From an uncultured bacterium (GTDB taxonomy: Bacteria; Verrucomicrobiota; Lentisphaeria; Victivallales; UBA1829), in the NCBI GenBank assembly GCA_949297765.1, contig CASFTV010000010.1, positions 57,305 through 121,304 of the forward strand: a DNA stretch of 64,000 nt. The letters run 5' to 3'. The position numbers were made by a program, and so were the translations under genes. Below are positions 20,828 through 29,740 of this stretch, in pieces; positions within the stretch are counted from its first letter, which is position 1; each line of letters opens with the position of its first letter. Below the pieces are notes generated by a model, which was not told where the DNA came from, did not search any database, and worked only from the letters and a program-made list of their open reading frames with translations.

Positions 20828-21541
20828 TCAGAGACTCCAGCGGCTGATGTCGGATTCCCACAGAAGCCCTCCGGTGGAATTGTAGAGCTTCCAGATGAAA
20901 ACATACGGCATTGCAACCCTGGTTTTCAGTGCATACTGGACGTGTCCGTCCACAAACGTGTAGTTCCGCGCCATTCCGTTGCCGTGGCGGTTCGCATTGA
21001 TGTTCTTGCTGGAGAGAAGATCCTGCGTGCTGACATGATTGTCATAGTTCGGTGTCACGGAGGTGTCGTACAGCATCACCGTGATGGAGGGCTGTTTGCA
21101 CTGTCCGCGCCGGACCCAGAAGTTCCAGTTATTCCCGTAGCGGTTCATGCCGTAGTGCGACGGCGTTCCGTTCGCGGTCGGTGCGCCTCTGCCGTTCGGA
21201 CACTCCCAGAGGCCGCTCGGACGGTCCGGATTGGTTGTCGCATGGTAGTTCACCGGCGCTTCGCAGAGGCCGATCTCGGAGATCAGATTGTGCCAGAATT
21301 TCCCTCCGCCGGAATAATTTTCCCAGGAGGTCGGAAGGTAGTCGTTGCAGCTGTCCGCGTACTGCAGACAATACATCGTCAGCTGCTTCAGATTGTTCTG
21401 ACAGGTACTGTTCCGCGCCTTTTCCCGCGCACTGTTCAGCGCAGGGAGAAGCATCCCCGCAAGAATCGCAATGATCGCGATTACAACAAGAAGTTCTATC
21501 AGAGTAAATTTTTTTACGGGATTTGGATAATATTTATCCAT
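20828..21541 (-). CDS. Prepilin-type N-terminal cleavage/methylation protein with H-X-DG C-terminal motif (DUF1559-like)
   Basis: [69 protein letters not shown]; ATG 21541 with AAGGAG upstream. Confidence 0.92.
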   Translation of the reverse strand: MDKYYPNPVKKFTLIELLVVIAIIAILAGMLLPALNSAREKARNSTCQNNLKQLTMYCLQYADSCNDYLPTSWENYSGGGKFWHNLISEIGLCEAPVNYHATTNPDRPSGLWECPNGRGAPTANGTPSHYGMNRYGNNWNFWVRRGQCKQPSITVMLYDTSVTPNYDNHVSTQDLLSSKNINANRHGNGMARNYTFVDGHVQYALKTRVAMPYVFIWKLYNSTGGLLWESDISRWSL

Positions 21542-22571
21542 TTGCGGCAATCTCCTTTTGTTGCGATTGATATCGGATCAGTTCCATAGGAACGAGAATC
21601 TGTTTAATTTCGCGGTCTCCGTTCAGCAGTTCGGTCATGCGCTGAACCGTTGTTTCCGCGCGTTCACGGAATGGGAAATAGAACTCCTCCGCTCCCTCCG
21701 GCGTGTTCCTGAGGTGAAGACGGAACAGAGGTTCCGGCATTTCGATTCCCAGCTGCCGGCAGGCGCTCTGCAGAAGCGGAAGTCGCTGAGGATAGGTGAA
21801 CACCGCATCCCATTTTTTCCGGAGAAGAGCGTGGTACAGCTGATCGGGCTGCGTCATCTCTTCCGGCACGTCGGCAAAGGCGATATTCATGGGGGAGCCG
21901 CAGCATTCGAAGAATCCTTTCTGAATGGAGGGCAGGTCATTTTCCCGGTACCAGTCGCCGAGCGCATAGAGAATATTGGCTTTCCGGTCCTGCGCGAGTC
22001 TCCGGCCGATCTTGCGGCAGGCGGACGCCGTGTCGAAAACAACGGAATTGACCGACCGGATTCGGCGGTCGTCACAGATCACGGGAAGGCCGCTGTCCGA
22101 AAGCCGGCGCAGCAGCGACTCGCTGTATGTGAGCCGGTCGACCCAGATCAGTCCATCCCCCTGCGCACCCCGGATCTCTTCAAAAAGTTCCTCTTCTTTT
22201 GTCGAGGTGAGGGTGAGCTGCCGGAAATAGTATCCCGCATCCGTCACGGCTTTCCCGATCGTGCTGATGCTTTCCCACTCCTGGCTTCCGTAATAAAAAC
22301 TGCGTCCGTCATTATGAATCAGCAGGATCAGCGGCGGCATCTTCCCCGGGAACGGCGTCATCATCTTCCGCGGATTCGTGAAATTGCCTTTCCCTTTCAC
22401 CGGAATGAGATATCCCTCCTCCACCAGCTCCTTCAGCGCAATGGAGACCGTGCTGCGCGCCATCCCGAAATGCTCCGCAAGATTCCGCGACGACATGATC
22501 TGAACGGAGCGTTCTCCCGCATGATAGATCATCCCGACAACATAATGCCTGATTTTCAGCGTTTCTTTCAT
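21534..22571 (-). CDS. GntR-HTH / LacI-like sensor domain transcriptional regulator
   Basis: [38 protein letters not shown]; overlaps the prepilin start. Confidence 0.85.
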   Translation of the reverse strand: MKETLKIRHYVVGMIYHAGERSVQIMSSRNLAEHFGMARSTVSIALKELVEEGYLIPVKGKGNFTNPRKMMTPFPGKMPPLILLIHNDGRSFYYGSQEWESISTIGKAVTDAGYYFRQLTLTSTKEEELFEEIRGAQGDGLIWVDRLTYSESLLRRLSDSGLPVICDDRRIRSVNSVVFDTASACRKIGRRLAQDRKANILYALGDWYRENDLPSIQKGFFECCGSPMNIAFADVPEEMTQPDQLYHALLRKKWDAVFTYPQRLPLLQSACRQLGIEMPEPLFRLHLRNTPEGAEEFYFPFRERAETTVQRMTELLNGDREIKQILVPMELIRYQSQQKEIAANG

Positions 22572-22591
22572 CCTCTTTCCCCGGATAAAAA

Positions 22592-22646
22592 ATCGGACCA
22601 CATCGGACCACTTTTAAAATTATATCACAGTTTTATTTTTTGTCAA
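22592..22646 (-). promoter_or_regulatory. Sigma70 promoter with tandem operator-like repeat
   Basis: Minus-strand TTGACA (22646-22641), 16 bp, TATAAT (22624-22619); ATCGGACCAC x2 at 22592-22611. Confidence 0.7.
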
Positions 22647-22782
22647 CCCCTTGAAGAGCCGGGAAAGCAGATTTTTTCCGAAAAAAAAGCAATCTCCCTT
22701 TCTTCCGCGGGAAGAGTTTTCCCCTCCGCAATTTTCTTCATGAAAAAGGATGTTTTTTTCATTCTTTTTTCCAGACACATCT

Positions 22783-22811
22783 TTGCAAGACGTTTCAGGA
22801 AAGAGTATATT
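22783..22811 (+). promoter_or_regulatory. Putative sigma70 promoter of the GH151-like gene
   Basis: TTGCAA, 17 bp, TATATT. Confidence 0.55.
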
Positions 22812-22852
22812 ATGAATGACTGCTTATCAAAAATAAAACGAAGGATGTTCTC

Positions 22853-24844
22853 ATGTATCAACTGCGCTTCAGACAAGTCCATCTGGATTTTCACACATCG
22901 CCCGACATTCCCGGGATCGGAGAAAGATTCGACCGGAAACAGTGGCAGGACCGCCTCAAGGCCGCCCATGTTGACTCCATCACCTGCTTTTCCCTCTGCC
23001 ACCACGGCATGAGCTATCACCCGACCAAGGTCGGCATGATGCATCCGAACCTCAAATTCAATCTTCTCCGCGCGCAGATGGATGCCTGCAAGGAGATCGG
23101 CGTCAACGTTCCCGTGTACCTGACCGCGGGAATCAACAACTATGCGGCGGAAAACCATCCGGAATGGCGGGAAATCAATGCGGACGGGACCTACGCCGGA
23201 TGGGTCGCCAGTCCGCTGCAGCCGGGATTCCGCTCCCTCTGCTTCAATACGCCGTACCTGGATTACCTCTGCGAACACATTATCGAGACGGCGCGGATGT
23301 TTCCTGAAGCGGACGGAATCTTCCTCGACATCATCGCACAGGCTCCCTGCTGCTGTCCCGCCTGCATGAAAAGCATGTACCGCGACGGATTCGATCCGCA
23401 GAAGGAGGAAGACCGCAAGGCCCACGCCAGAAAAGTCCTCCTGAACTATTACAAACGGACCTTTGAAGCTCTCCGGAGCGTCGATTCCAAAATGCCGATT
23501 TTCCACAACAGCGGAAACCTGACCGTCGGCGACCGGGAAATCCTTCCCTACTTCTCCCATCTGGAACTGGAATCCCTCCCGACCGGCGGCTGGGGATACG
23601 ATCATTATCCGATGTCCGCCGCATACAGCCGCAATCTCGGGCTTGATTTCCTCGGCATGACCGGAAAATTCCATCGCGCATGGGGCGAATTCGGCGGATT
23701 CAAACATCCGAACGCCCTCCGCTATGAGTGCGCCGCCATGCTCGCCAACAACTCCAAATGCAGCATCGGCGATCAGATGCATCCCGACGGCGAACTGGAT
23801 CAGACCACCTATGAACTGATCGGCACCGCCTACCGGGAGGTGGAACAGAAGGAGCCCTGGTGCCGCGGCGCACACAGCCTTGCGGAAATCGCCATCCTCG
23901 CCGAGGCGGAAACCGCAACCGGAAATGTCGGCGCTTCACGCCTGCTTCTCGAACAGCATCTGCCCTTCGATCTCATTGATGCGGAGATGGATTTCAAGCG
24001 CTATCGCGTAATTGTGGTCGCCAACGAGAAAAAACTTTCCTCCGGGACTGCGGAAAAACTTCGCGATTTCCTTTCCGGCGGCGGTAAACTGGTCATCGCG
24101 TCCGATGCGCTCCTGAAACCGGAAACCTGCGAACCCTGGTTCGAAATCGGCGCGGAATTCGGAGAAACCTCTCCCTGCAATCCCGACTACGTCCGCATGA
24201 GGGAAGCGTTCGCCGGCGACTTCAAAACGCCCTTCCTGATGCATCTTCCCTCCCGCCGGATGAAGGTGACAACCGGCCGGTCCATCGCCGAAGTCTTCGA
24301 CACCTATTTCAACCGGACCGCTCTTCATTTCTGCTCCCATCAGCACACTCCGAACAAACCGGATCCCTCCGGATACGATGCCGCAGTGATCAGCGGAAAC
24401 ATTCTCTATTTCGCTCATCCGATCTTCACACTCTACCGGTCGACGGGGGCGGTCATGCACAAGCAGCTCTTTGCGAACGCCTTCACCGCATTCCTCGGAG
24501 ACGACGCCCAGATCACAACGGGGAACTTCCCCTCCACCGGACGCGTCACGCTGATGCGGCAGGATGCAGAAAACCGCACAATCTGCCACATTCTCTACGC
24601 AACGACCGTCCTGCGCGGCGCCGATCTTCCGCTGGAAAACGGACAGCGCCCCCTCTCTCCGACCGAGGTCATCGAAGACCTGATCCCCTTGCGGAACGCC
24701 TCTTTCACAGTCAAGGTTCCGCACCCGGTCCGGAGCGTCACACTCCAGCCGGAGAACCGCGAGATCCCGTTCCAGTACGCCGACGGCAAAGTCTCCTTCA
24801 CAGTCCCGGAATTCACCTGCCATACAATGGCAGTCCTCGCATAA
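22853..24844 (+). CDS. Cytoplasmic glycoside hydrolase, GH151-like alpha-L-fucosidase / GHL6 with beta-galactosidase trimerisation-like domain
   Basis: RFRQVHLDFHTS, CHHGMSYHPT, DGIFLDI, HLELESLPTGGWGYDH, MTGKFHRAWGEFGGFK, CSIGDQMHP; no signal peptide. Confidence 0.8.
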   Translation: MYQLRFRQVHLDFHTSPDIPGIGERFDRKQWQDRLKAAHVDSITCFSLCHHGMSYHPTKVGMMHPNLKFNLLRAQMDACKEIGVNVPVYLTAGINNYAAENHPEWREINADGTYAGWVASPLQPGFRSLCFNTPYLDYLCEHIIETARMFPEADGIFLDIIAQAPCCCPACMKSMYRDGFDPQKEEDRKAHARKVLLNYYKRTFEALRSVDSKMPIFHNSGNLTVGDREILPYFSHLELESLPTGGWGYDHYPMSAAYSRNLGLDFLGMTGKFHRAWGEFGGFKHPNALRYECAAMLANNSKCSIGDQMHPDGELDQTTYELIGTAYREVEQKEPWCRGAHSLAEIAILAEAETATGNVGASRLLLEQHLPFDLIDAEMDFKRYRVIVVANEKKLSSGTAEKLRDFLSGGGKLVIASDALLKPETCEPWFEIGAEFGETSPCNPDYVRMREAFAGDFKTPFLMHLPSRRMKVTTGRSIAEVFDTYFNRTALHFCSHQHTPNKPDPSGYDAAVISGNILYFAHPIFTLYRSTGAVMHKQLFANAFTAFLGDDAQITTGNFPSTGRVTLMRQDAENRTICHILYATTVLRGADLPLENGQRPLSPTEVIEDLIPLRNASFTVKVPHPVRSVTLQPENREIPFQYADGKVSFTVPEFTCHTMAVLA

Positions 24845-24852
24845 CAACAAAA

Positions 24853-24880
24853 CGCCGGATCTTCATTGGAAGATCCGGCG
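24853..24880. terminator. Hairpin after the GH151-like gene
   Basis: CGCCGGATCTTC-ATTG-GAAGATCCGGCG perfect 12-bp stem between convergent genes. Confidence 0.65.
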
Positions 24881-24890
24881 CATCAACAAC

Positions 24891-24979
24891 GGAAAAATGC
24901 GGACGCATTTTTCTCGGGTCAAGGACTCCGTCCTTGTCGCGGTCCAGCGGCGAGACGCTGGTCGTGCGAAGCACGAAAC
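24891..24979. repeat. Structured intergenic repeat, copy 1 (four hairpins)
   Basis: Closely similar to 33958-34047; stems GAAAAATG/CATTTTTC, CAAGGAC/GTCCTTG, CCAGCG/CGCTGG, TCGTGC/GCACGA. Confidence 0.85.
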
Positions 24980-25026
24980 CATTCCCCCCACATACAATTC
25001 AAATTCAAAATCAAACAAAAAAGGAA

Positions 25027-25932
25027 TCAGCGGGAAGCGTCCAGCATCGCTTCGATGGGTTTGACGGCATCTTTCATCAGACGCTCCGGAAGCTCGACCT
25101 GATTGGAGAGATCGCGGAGAACGTCGCGGACCTGTTCCAGAGTAATCTTCTTCATATCCGCGCAGACCATGGGGGGCAGGAGAGGGAAAAACTCCTTTTC
25201 CGGATTTTCCTTGCGGAGACGGTGCAGAATACCTTCTTCGGTTCCAATAATAAAACTCTTATCAGAGGAGTTCCGGACGAATTTGAGAATTCCGGCTGTG
25301 CTGAGGGCCTGATCGGCTTCGGCGAGGACTTCGGGGCGGCATTCGGGATGGACCAGAACGGGAGAACCGGGATGTTCCTTGCGGGCTTTCCGGATTGCTT
25401 CCGGCGTGACGGCGTCGTGGATCGGACAGCACCCCGGCCAGAGTACCATTTCCCGTCCGAGACGAAGATTCATATTTCCCCCGAGGTTCCGGTCGGGCAG
25501 GAAAAGGACCTTCCGGTCCGCGGGGAGGGCGCCGATGATGGTTTCCGCGTTTCCGGAGGTGCAGCAGAGATCGACTTCCGCTTTCACATCCGCCGAACTG
25601 TTGACATACGCGACGAGAAAGGCTTCCGGATTTTCCTTTTTATATTTGCGGACCTGTTCCGCCGCCGCCATATCCGCCATCGGGCATCCCGCATCGGGAT
25701 TCGGGAGGAGGACGACGGCATCCGGCGAGAGCAGTTTTGCCGTTTCCGCCATGAACCGGACACCGCAGAAGACGATCACGGGCGCTTTGACGCTTTTCGC
25801 CCGGATGCTCAGTTCCAGGGAGTCCCCTGTGAAATCCGCGATATCCTGCAGTTCGGGCCGGACATAGTTGTGCGCCAGAATAACGGCGTTCCGCACTTTT
25901 TTCCAATGAAGAATTTCTTCCGTGAGAGTCAT
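25027..25932 (-). CDS. nadA: Quinolinate synthase
   Basis: AVILAHNY, GDSLEL, FCGVRFMAETAK, GCPMADM, YVNS, HPEC, C-terminal CADMKKITL. Confidence 0.96.
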   Translation of the reverse strand: MTLTEEILHWKKVRNAVILAHNYVRPELQDIADFTGDSLELSIRAKSVKAPVIVFCGVRFMAETAKLLSPDAVVLLPNPDAGCPMADMAAAEQVRKYKKENPEAFLVAYVNSSADVKAEVDLCCTSGNAETIIGALPADRKVLFLPDRNLGGNMNLRLGREMVLWPGCCPIHDAVTPEAIRKARKEHPGSPVLVHPECRPEVLAEADQALSTAGILKFVRNSSDKSFIIGTEEGILHRLRKENPEKEFFPLLPPMVCADMKKITLEQVRDVLRDLSNQVELPERLMKDAVKPIEAMLDASR

Positions 25933-26038
25933 AGATCAACGGCTCCTTCCTGTATATCGGTTTGAATGAAACGCGGAAACCCGCTCCATCGGTTTGTGCC
26001 GGCGGGACGGTTTTCTGCGGAAGATCGCGTCCGCCGGG

Positions 26039-26842
26039 TCAGCGGTAGCGGTACTGCTGCTGGATGCGCGGCATTTTCATCTCTTCCAGTCCGAGCGCGT
26101 ACCATGCTTCTCCGAGTCCGGCGTTGGAAAACTGCTTGAATTTTCCATTTGCGAGGAGTTCCCAGTTGCGGATCAGCGTTTCGTTCTCTGTCTTCTTTTT
26201 CGCTGCCGCGAGAGTGGCGAGCGCCTCCTCATTCTTCCCCCTCTTCAGGAGAATCCACGCGTAAAGCGAGCAGGGAAGAACACAGGCGTCCTTTTTCAGC
26301 GGAGCGCCCTTCTTCCGGAAAAACTTCTCCAGACCGGGATCGTTGTTCTTATACATGCGAACCATTTTCATGCAGATAGCCTGCGGTTCAAAAAACATGC
26401 ACTTCGGCATCAGTTCATCCACTTTGTCAAAGCGTTTGAGCTGATAGTTGAACGCCATCTTCATCGTATTGATCTGCTTCTCCAGAAAGAAGTTCCAGAG
26501 ATAGAGCGGTTTGAATGCATCGCAGGCGGCCAGGGCACGTTCGATTCCGGCGGTCTGCTCGTGTTCCAGCTGCTGGAGCATGAGTTTCTGGCTGCCCATC
26601 GGACGGCGCATGAAATGCTGCTGTTTCGCCTCCAGGCGTCTCTGGGTATCCAGCACGATTTCCTGAATCCCGAGATTCCGCCGGTTGACCGCGCGGCGGA
26701 TCAGCAGCGCCGCACACAGTTGAAACACAAACATCGACAGAAACGCCCAAACAAGCGTCCACCCGAACGAAACACCCGCTCCGAACCGGACGGCGGCAAA
26801 GACACAGCATCCGAGCGTGAGAGACAGCACCATAGTCAGCAT
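26039..26842 (-). CDS. Hypothetical membrane-anchored helical protein
   Basis: Two N-terminal hydrophobic segments followed by a basic helical domain; AAAGGA upstream. Confidence 0.7.
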   Translation of the reverse strand: MLTMVLSLTLGCCVFAAVRFGAGVSFGWTLVWAFLSMFVFQLCAALLIRRAVNRRNLGIQEIVLDTQRRLEAKQQHFMRRPMGSQKLMLQQLEHEQTAGIERALAACDAFKPLYLWNFFLEKQINTMKMAFNYQLKRFDKVDELMPKCMFFEPQAICMKMVRMYKNNDPGLEKFFRKKGAPLKKDACVLPCSLYAWILLKRGKNEEALATLAAAKKKTENETLIRNWELLANGKFKQFSNAGLGEAWYALGLEEMKMPRIQQQYRYR

Positions 26843-26971
26843 GACGGAGATCCTTTTTCAGTTGAATGGTTCATTATCCTATAAAATACACTCGAAAGTT
26901 CCGTTATGCAATCCCGGATTCAAAAAATCGGAGGGAAAAGACCGATTCTCCGGCGCATTCCCGTCTTCCGG

Positions 26972-27583
26972 TCATTCCTGCGGGGGCGTTTCCAGGCCGA
27001 ACAGACGACACAATCCGTCGAAACGTTCCAGCGGCGCCTCTCCGAATTTCCGCATCGAACGGCGGATCTCCGGAAGAGTCTTTTCCCTCATGTCGCCGGA
27101 TTTCGAAAAGAACTTGTCCGCCAGGCAGATCAGTTTTTCCAGCGGCGTCTCCGGGAGCCAGTCACGGGCCGGAATCGGCAGTTTCTGCGTCCGGATCTCT
27201 TCCGCGGTCAGTCCGCTTCCGGTGTGGCGCTCACAGATCCGCGCAAAGAGTTCCAGATCCTTTCCATTGCTTTTTCCATATTCCCGCAGCATCTGCGCAC
27301 CGAGAATCCCGTGGGCTAAATACGGTTCCGGCCCTTCGCAGAGAATCCCCGGCGCGTGACAGCGTACAATCCCGATGTCATGCAGCATCGCGCCCGCGGA
27401 AAGAATCTCCGGATCCTCCATTTCCCGAACCGGACAGCGGGGATCCGACAGAATCTCCAGCGCTTTGTCCCGCACCTGACGGCTGTGCTTCAGAAACAGC
27501 CGGCGCAGCGGCGTGTCGTCCGGATAGAATGCCGCGATGATGTCAAACGGAAACGTCCCGGGAAGAATGTCTTTCCCGCTCAT
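26972..27583 (-). CDS. HD/HDIG-domain metal-dependent phosphohydrolase
   Basis: KHSRQV, AMLHDIG, CERHTGSG, ICLADKFFSK; likely start 27583 overlaps the upstream stop (ATGA). Confidence 0.88.
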   Translation of the reverse strand: MSGKDILPGTFPFDIIAAFYPDDTPLRRLFLKHSRQVRDKALEILSDPRCPVREMEDPEILSAGAMLHDIGIVRCHAPGILCEGPEPYLAHGILGAQMLREYGKSNGKDLELFARICERHTGSGLTAEEIRTQKLPIPARDWLPETPLEKLICLADKFFSKSGDMREKTLPEIRRSMRKFGEAPLERFDGLCRLFGLETPPQE

Positions 27584-28437
27584 ACTCTGCTGTTCTCCTC
27601 GTCTGCCGCGAAAGCCCCCGGACGGACAATCCGGCATCCCGCAAGAATTTCCCGTGTCACTCCGGAGAGCTTTACGGTTTTTCCCGCTGAATCGGTTACG
27701 CGGAGGAGTCCGGCCTCCGCCAGAGAATCCACTCTCCTCCAGAGCGAGGAGTCGCCCTGCCACGGATATCGTTCCATCTCCGCAAGATTCCGGAAGAGCT
27801 CCAGCGGAGAACATTCCTTCCGGGCCAGCTCAAGAATCCGCCGGGCAGTCCGTCCCATTCCCCCGCCGGACGGCTTCTCCGCCGCGTGCCGCTCCAGCCC
27901 CTCTTTCATGAACCGGAACGCCGGAGAGACCGGAAGAGCCGATGTATGGGTGGCGTAGGCTTTCCAGAGATCTTTCCCGGAGTCGACCTGCTCCTGCGTC
28001 AGGAGAACGCCGCGCCGGTCGAGATCGCGGAACAGCGCCGCATCCGAAAACACCGCATCCTCCTCCAGCAGTTCGACCTCCGGACGGCGGTTCCGGTTCA
28101 GCAGCGCCGTTATAAACAGGACGCGGGCGACCATTCCCTGATCGAACATGCAGGCGTCGGCCCAGATCCGGAGCCGGTCGCCGGCCGTCAGGGAGAGGAG
28201 GGCTTCATCCATCCGTTCAAGAGCGCGAAGAAGTTGTTCCTCCGTGTATTCCGGTACAATCTCCGCAAGATAACGCGCCCGGAGGTGGCGGAAATGCTCC
28301 GGATCTTCCGATCCGGTCCCGAGCGGCCCCTCCGTATAGACCTCCCGCCAGACCAGCGTTTCTCCCGGAAGCCCGGATTCGCGGAACGGCCCGAGCGCCA
28401 GATCTCCGTTCAGAATGTTCAGAATCCGCATCGGCAT
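27580..28437 (-). CDS. Hypothetical protein, DUF1835-like
   Basis: LNILNGD...LPGETLVWREVYTEGP, WADACMFDQ, GDSSLW pattern recalled for this family. Confidence 0.6.
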   Translation of the reverse strand: MPMRILNILNGDLALGPFRESGLPGETLVWREVYTEGPLGTGSEDPEHFRHLRARYLAEIVPEYTEEQLLRALERMDEALLSLTAGDRLRIWADACMFDQGMVARVLFITALLNRNRRPEVELLEEDAVFSDAALFRDLDRRGVLLTQEQVDSGKDLWKAYATHTSALPVSPAFRFMKEGLERHAAEKPSGGGMGRTARRILELARKECSPLELFRNLAEMERYPWQGDSSLWRRVDSLAEAGLLRVTDSAGKTVKLSGVTREILAGCRIVRPGAFAADEENSRV

Positions 28438-28451
28438 CCTCTTTTCACCGC

Positions 28452-29528
28452 TTATTCGAAGCGGTCCCCCTGAACGGGGAACTGCGGATTCTGGCGTTTG
28501 ATCTCCGCCGTGGTCCGGATGACCGCGAACGCCTCTTCCGGCTTGACCGGGAAGGGAACTCCGTCGCGGATGGCGTCATAGAGATATTTGTAGATCTCCG
28601 TCATTTTGTAGCCGTTGGAAGGAGCGACCGGGATGGTCTTTTCGATCCACGGCCACTTGTCGGCATCGCCGTATCCGCCGTCCCAGGGAGGATTCCCCGG
28701 ACTGGAGTGCGTTTTCGGAAGCTCCATCGCTGGATCCAGATACCTCATGTGCAGATCCGTTTCATCGTGGCTGACCAGTGTGCCGCGCGTGCCGTAGATC
28801 GAATAGACATCGCCCGGAATCAGGATGCAGTTCGAAATTTCCAGATCGACGATCCGTCCGTTTTTCCCCCGGAAAATGACCTTGATGTGATCGTCCGCAT
28901 CCCCTTTCGAAGAGACATGCTTCAAATCGCTCCAGACCGATTCCAGCGGCGATTCCAGCAGAAGCAGGGAGTGGTCGATCAGATGGGGTCCCCAGTTGTT
29001 GATCTGCCCGCCGCCGCAGGCAAGCAGAGTCTGCCAGTCTTCGCGGCTCTGATAGTTGTGGCGGCGCAGTTTGATCTCGAACACCTCGCCGAGAATGCCG
29101 CTGGCAATGATCTCCCGGATGTGGTTGAACGCCGCTTCAAATCGCCGGTTGTGGCGGAAGTAGAGTTTGCCCGGGTACTCTTTCACGGCCTGTTCCAGAA
29201 GCTGGAGTCCATCCGGCGCAAGCGCAAACGGTTTTTCCAGAAACACGGTTTTCCCCGCCTTCAACGCCTTCAGCGCCGCATCGACATGCTCCGTCGAACG
29301 GATCGCGATGGAAACAAGTTCCACGTTCGGATCGTTCAGAAGTTCCGTCCCGCAGGTGTAGCCGGCGCAGTGATAGCGGTCCACCAGATTCCGGACCCGG
29401 TCCGGGTCCGTGTCGCAGGCCGCGACGATCCGGAATCGGTCCGGATACTGGTCGATCTCCTGACAATGCATGTTGTGTCCTGCCCGTCCGATGCCCCACA
29501 ATCCGACGTTGATGGGAGTCCTGTTCAT
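28452..29528 (-). CDS. Gfo/Idh/MocA family oxidoreductase
   Basis: GLWGIGRAG, VFLEKPFA, HNRRF, GGQINNWGPHLID. Confidence 0.93.
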   Translation of the reverse strand: MNRTPINVGLWGIGRAGHNMHCQEIDQYPDRFRIVAACDTDPDRVRNLVDRYHCAGYTCGTELLNDPNVELVSIAIRSTEHVDAALKALKAGKTVFLEKPFALAPDGLQLLEQAVKEYPGKLYFRHNRRFEAAFNHIREIIASGILGEVFEIKLRRHNYQSREDWQTLLACGGGQINNWGPHLIDHSLLLLESPLESVWSDLKHVSSKGDADDHIKVIFRGKNGRIVDLEISNCILIPGDVYSIYGTRGTLVSHDETDLHMRYLDPAMELPKTHSSPGNPPWDGGYGDADKWPWIEKTIPVAPSNGYKMTEIYKYLYDAIRDGVPFPVKPEEAFAVIRTTAEIKRQNPQFPVQGDRFE

Positions 29529-29740
29529 TTTCTGCTCTATCCTCCAAGCATGGTTTGATGGTTTTTCCCGCTGTTTTGAGAATAATATAACCTCGTTATC
29601 CGGATTTTAAAACCCGTCGAAGTGTGCTTTTTTGCGTTTCCTCCGGAATTTTTGAGGAAAACTTCCGTTTCCCGGTTTGACTTCCCTGTCTTCCGGAGTA
29701 TATCTTACCGGAAAACAGAGAACACGGCGAGGTTGAAACG

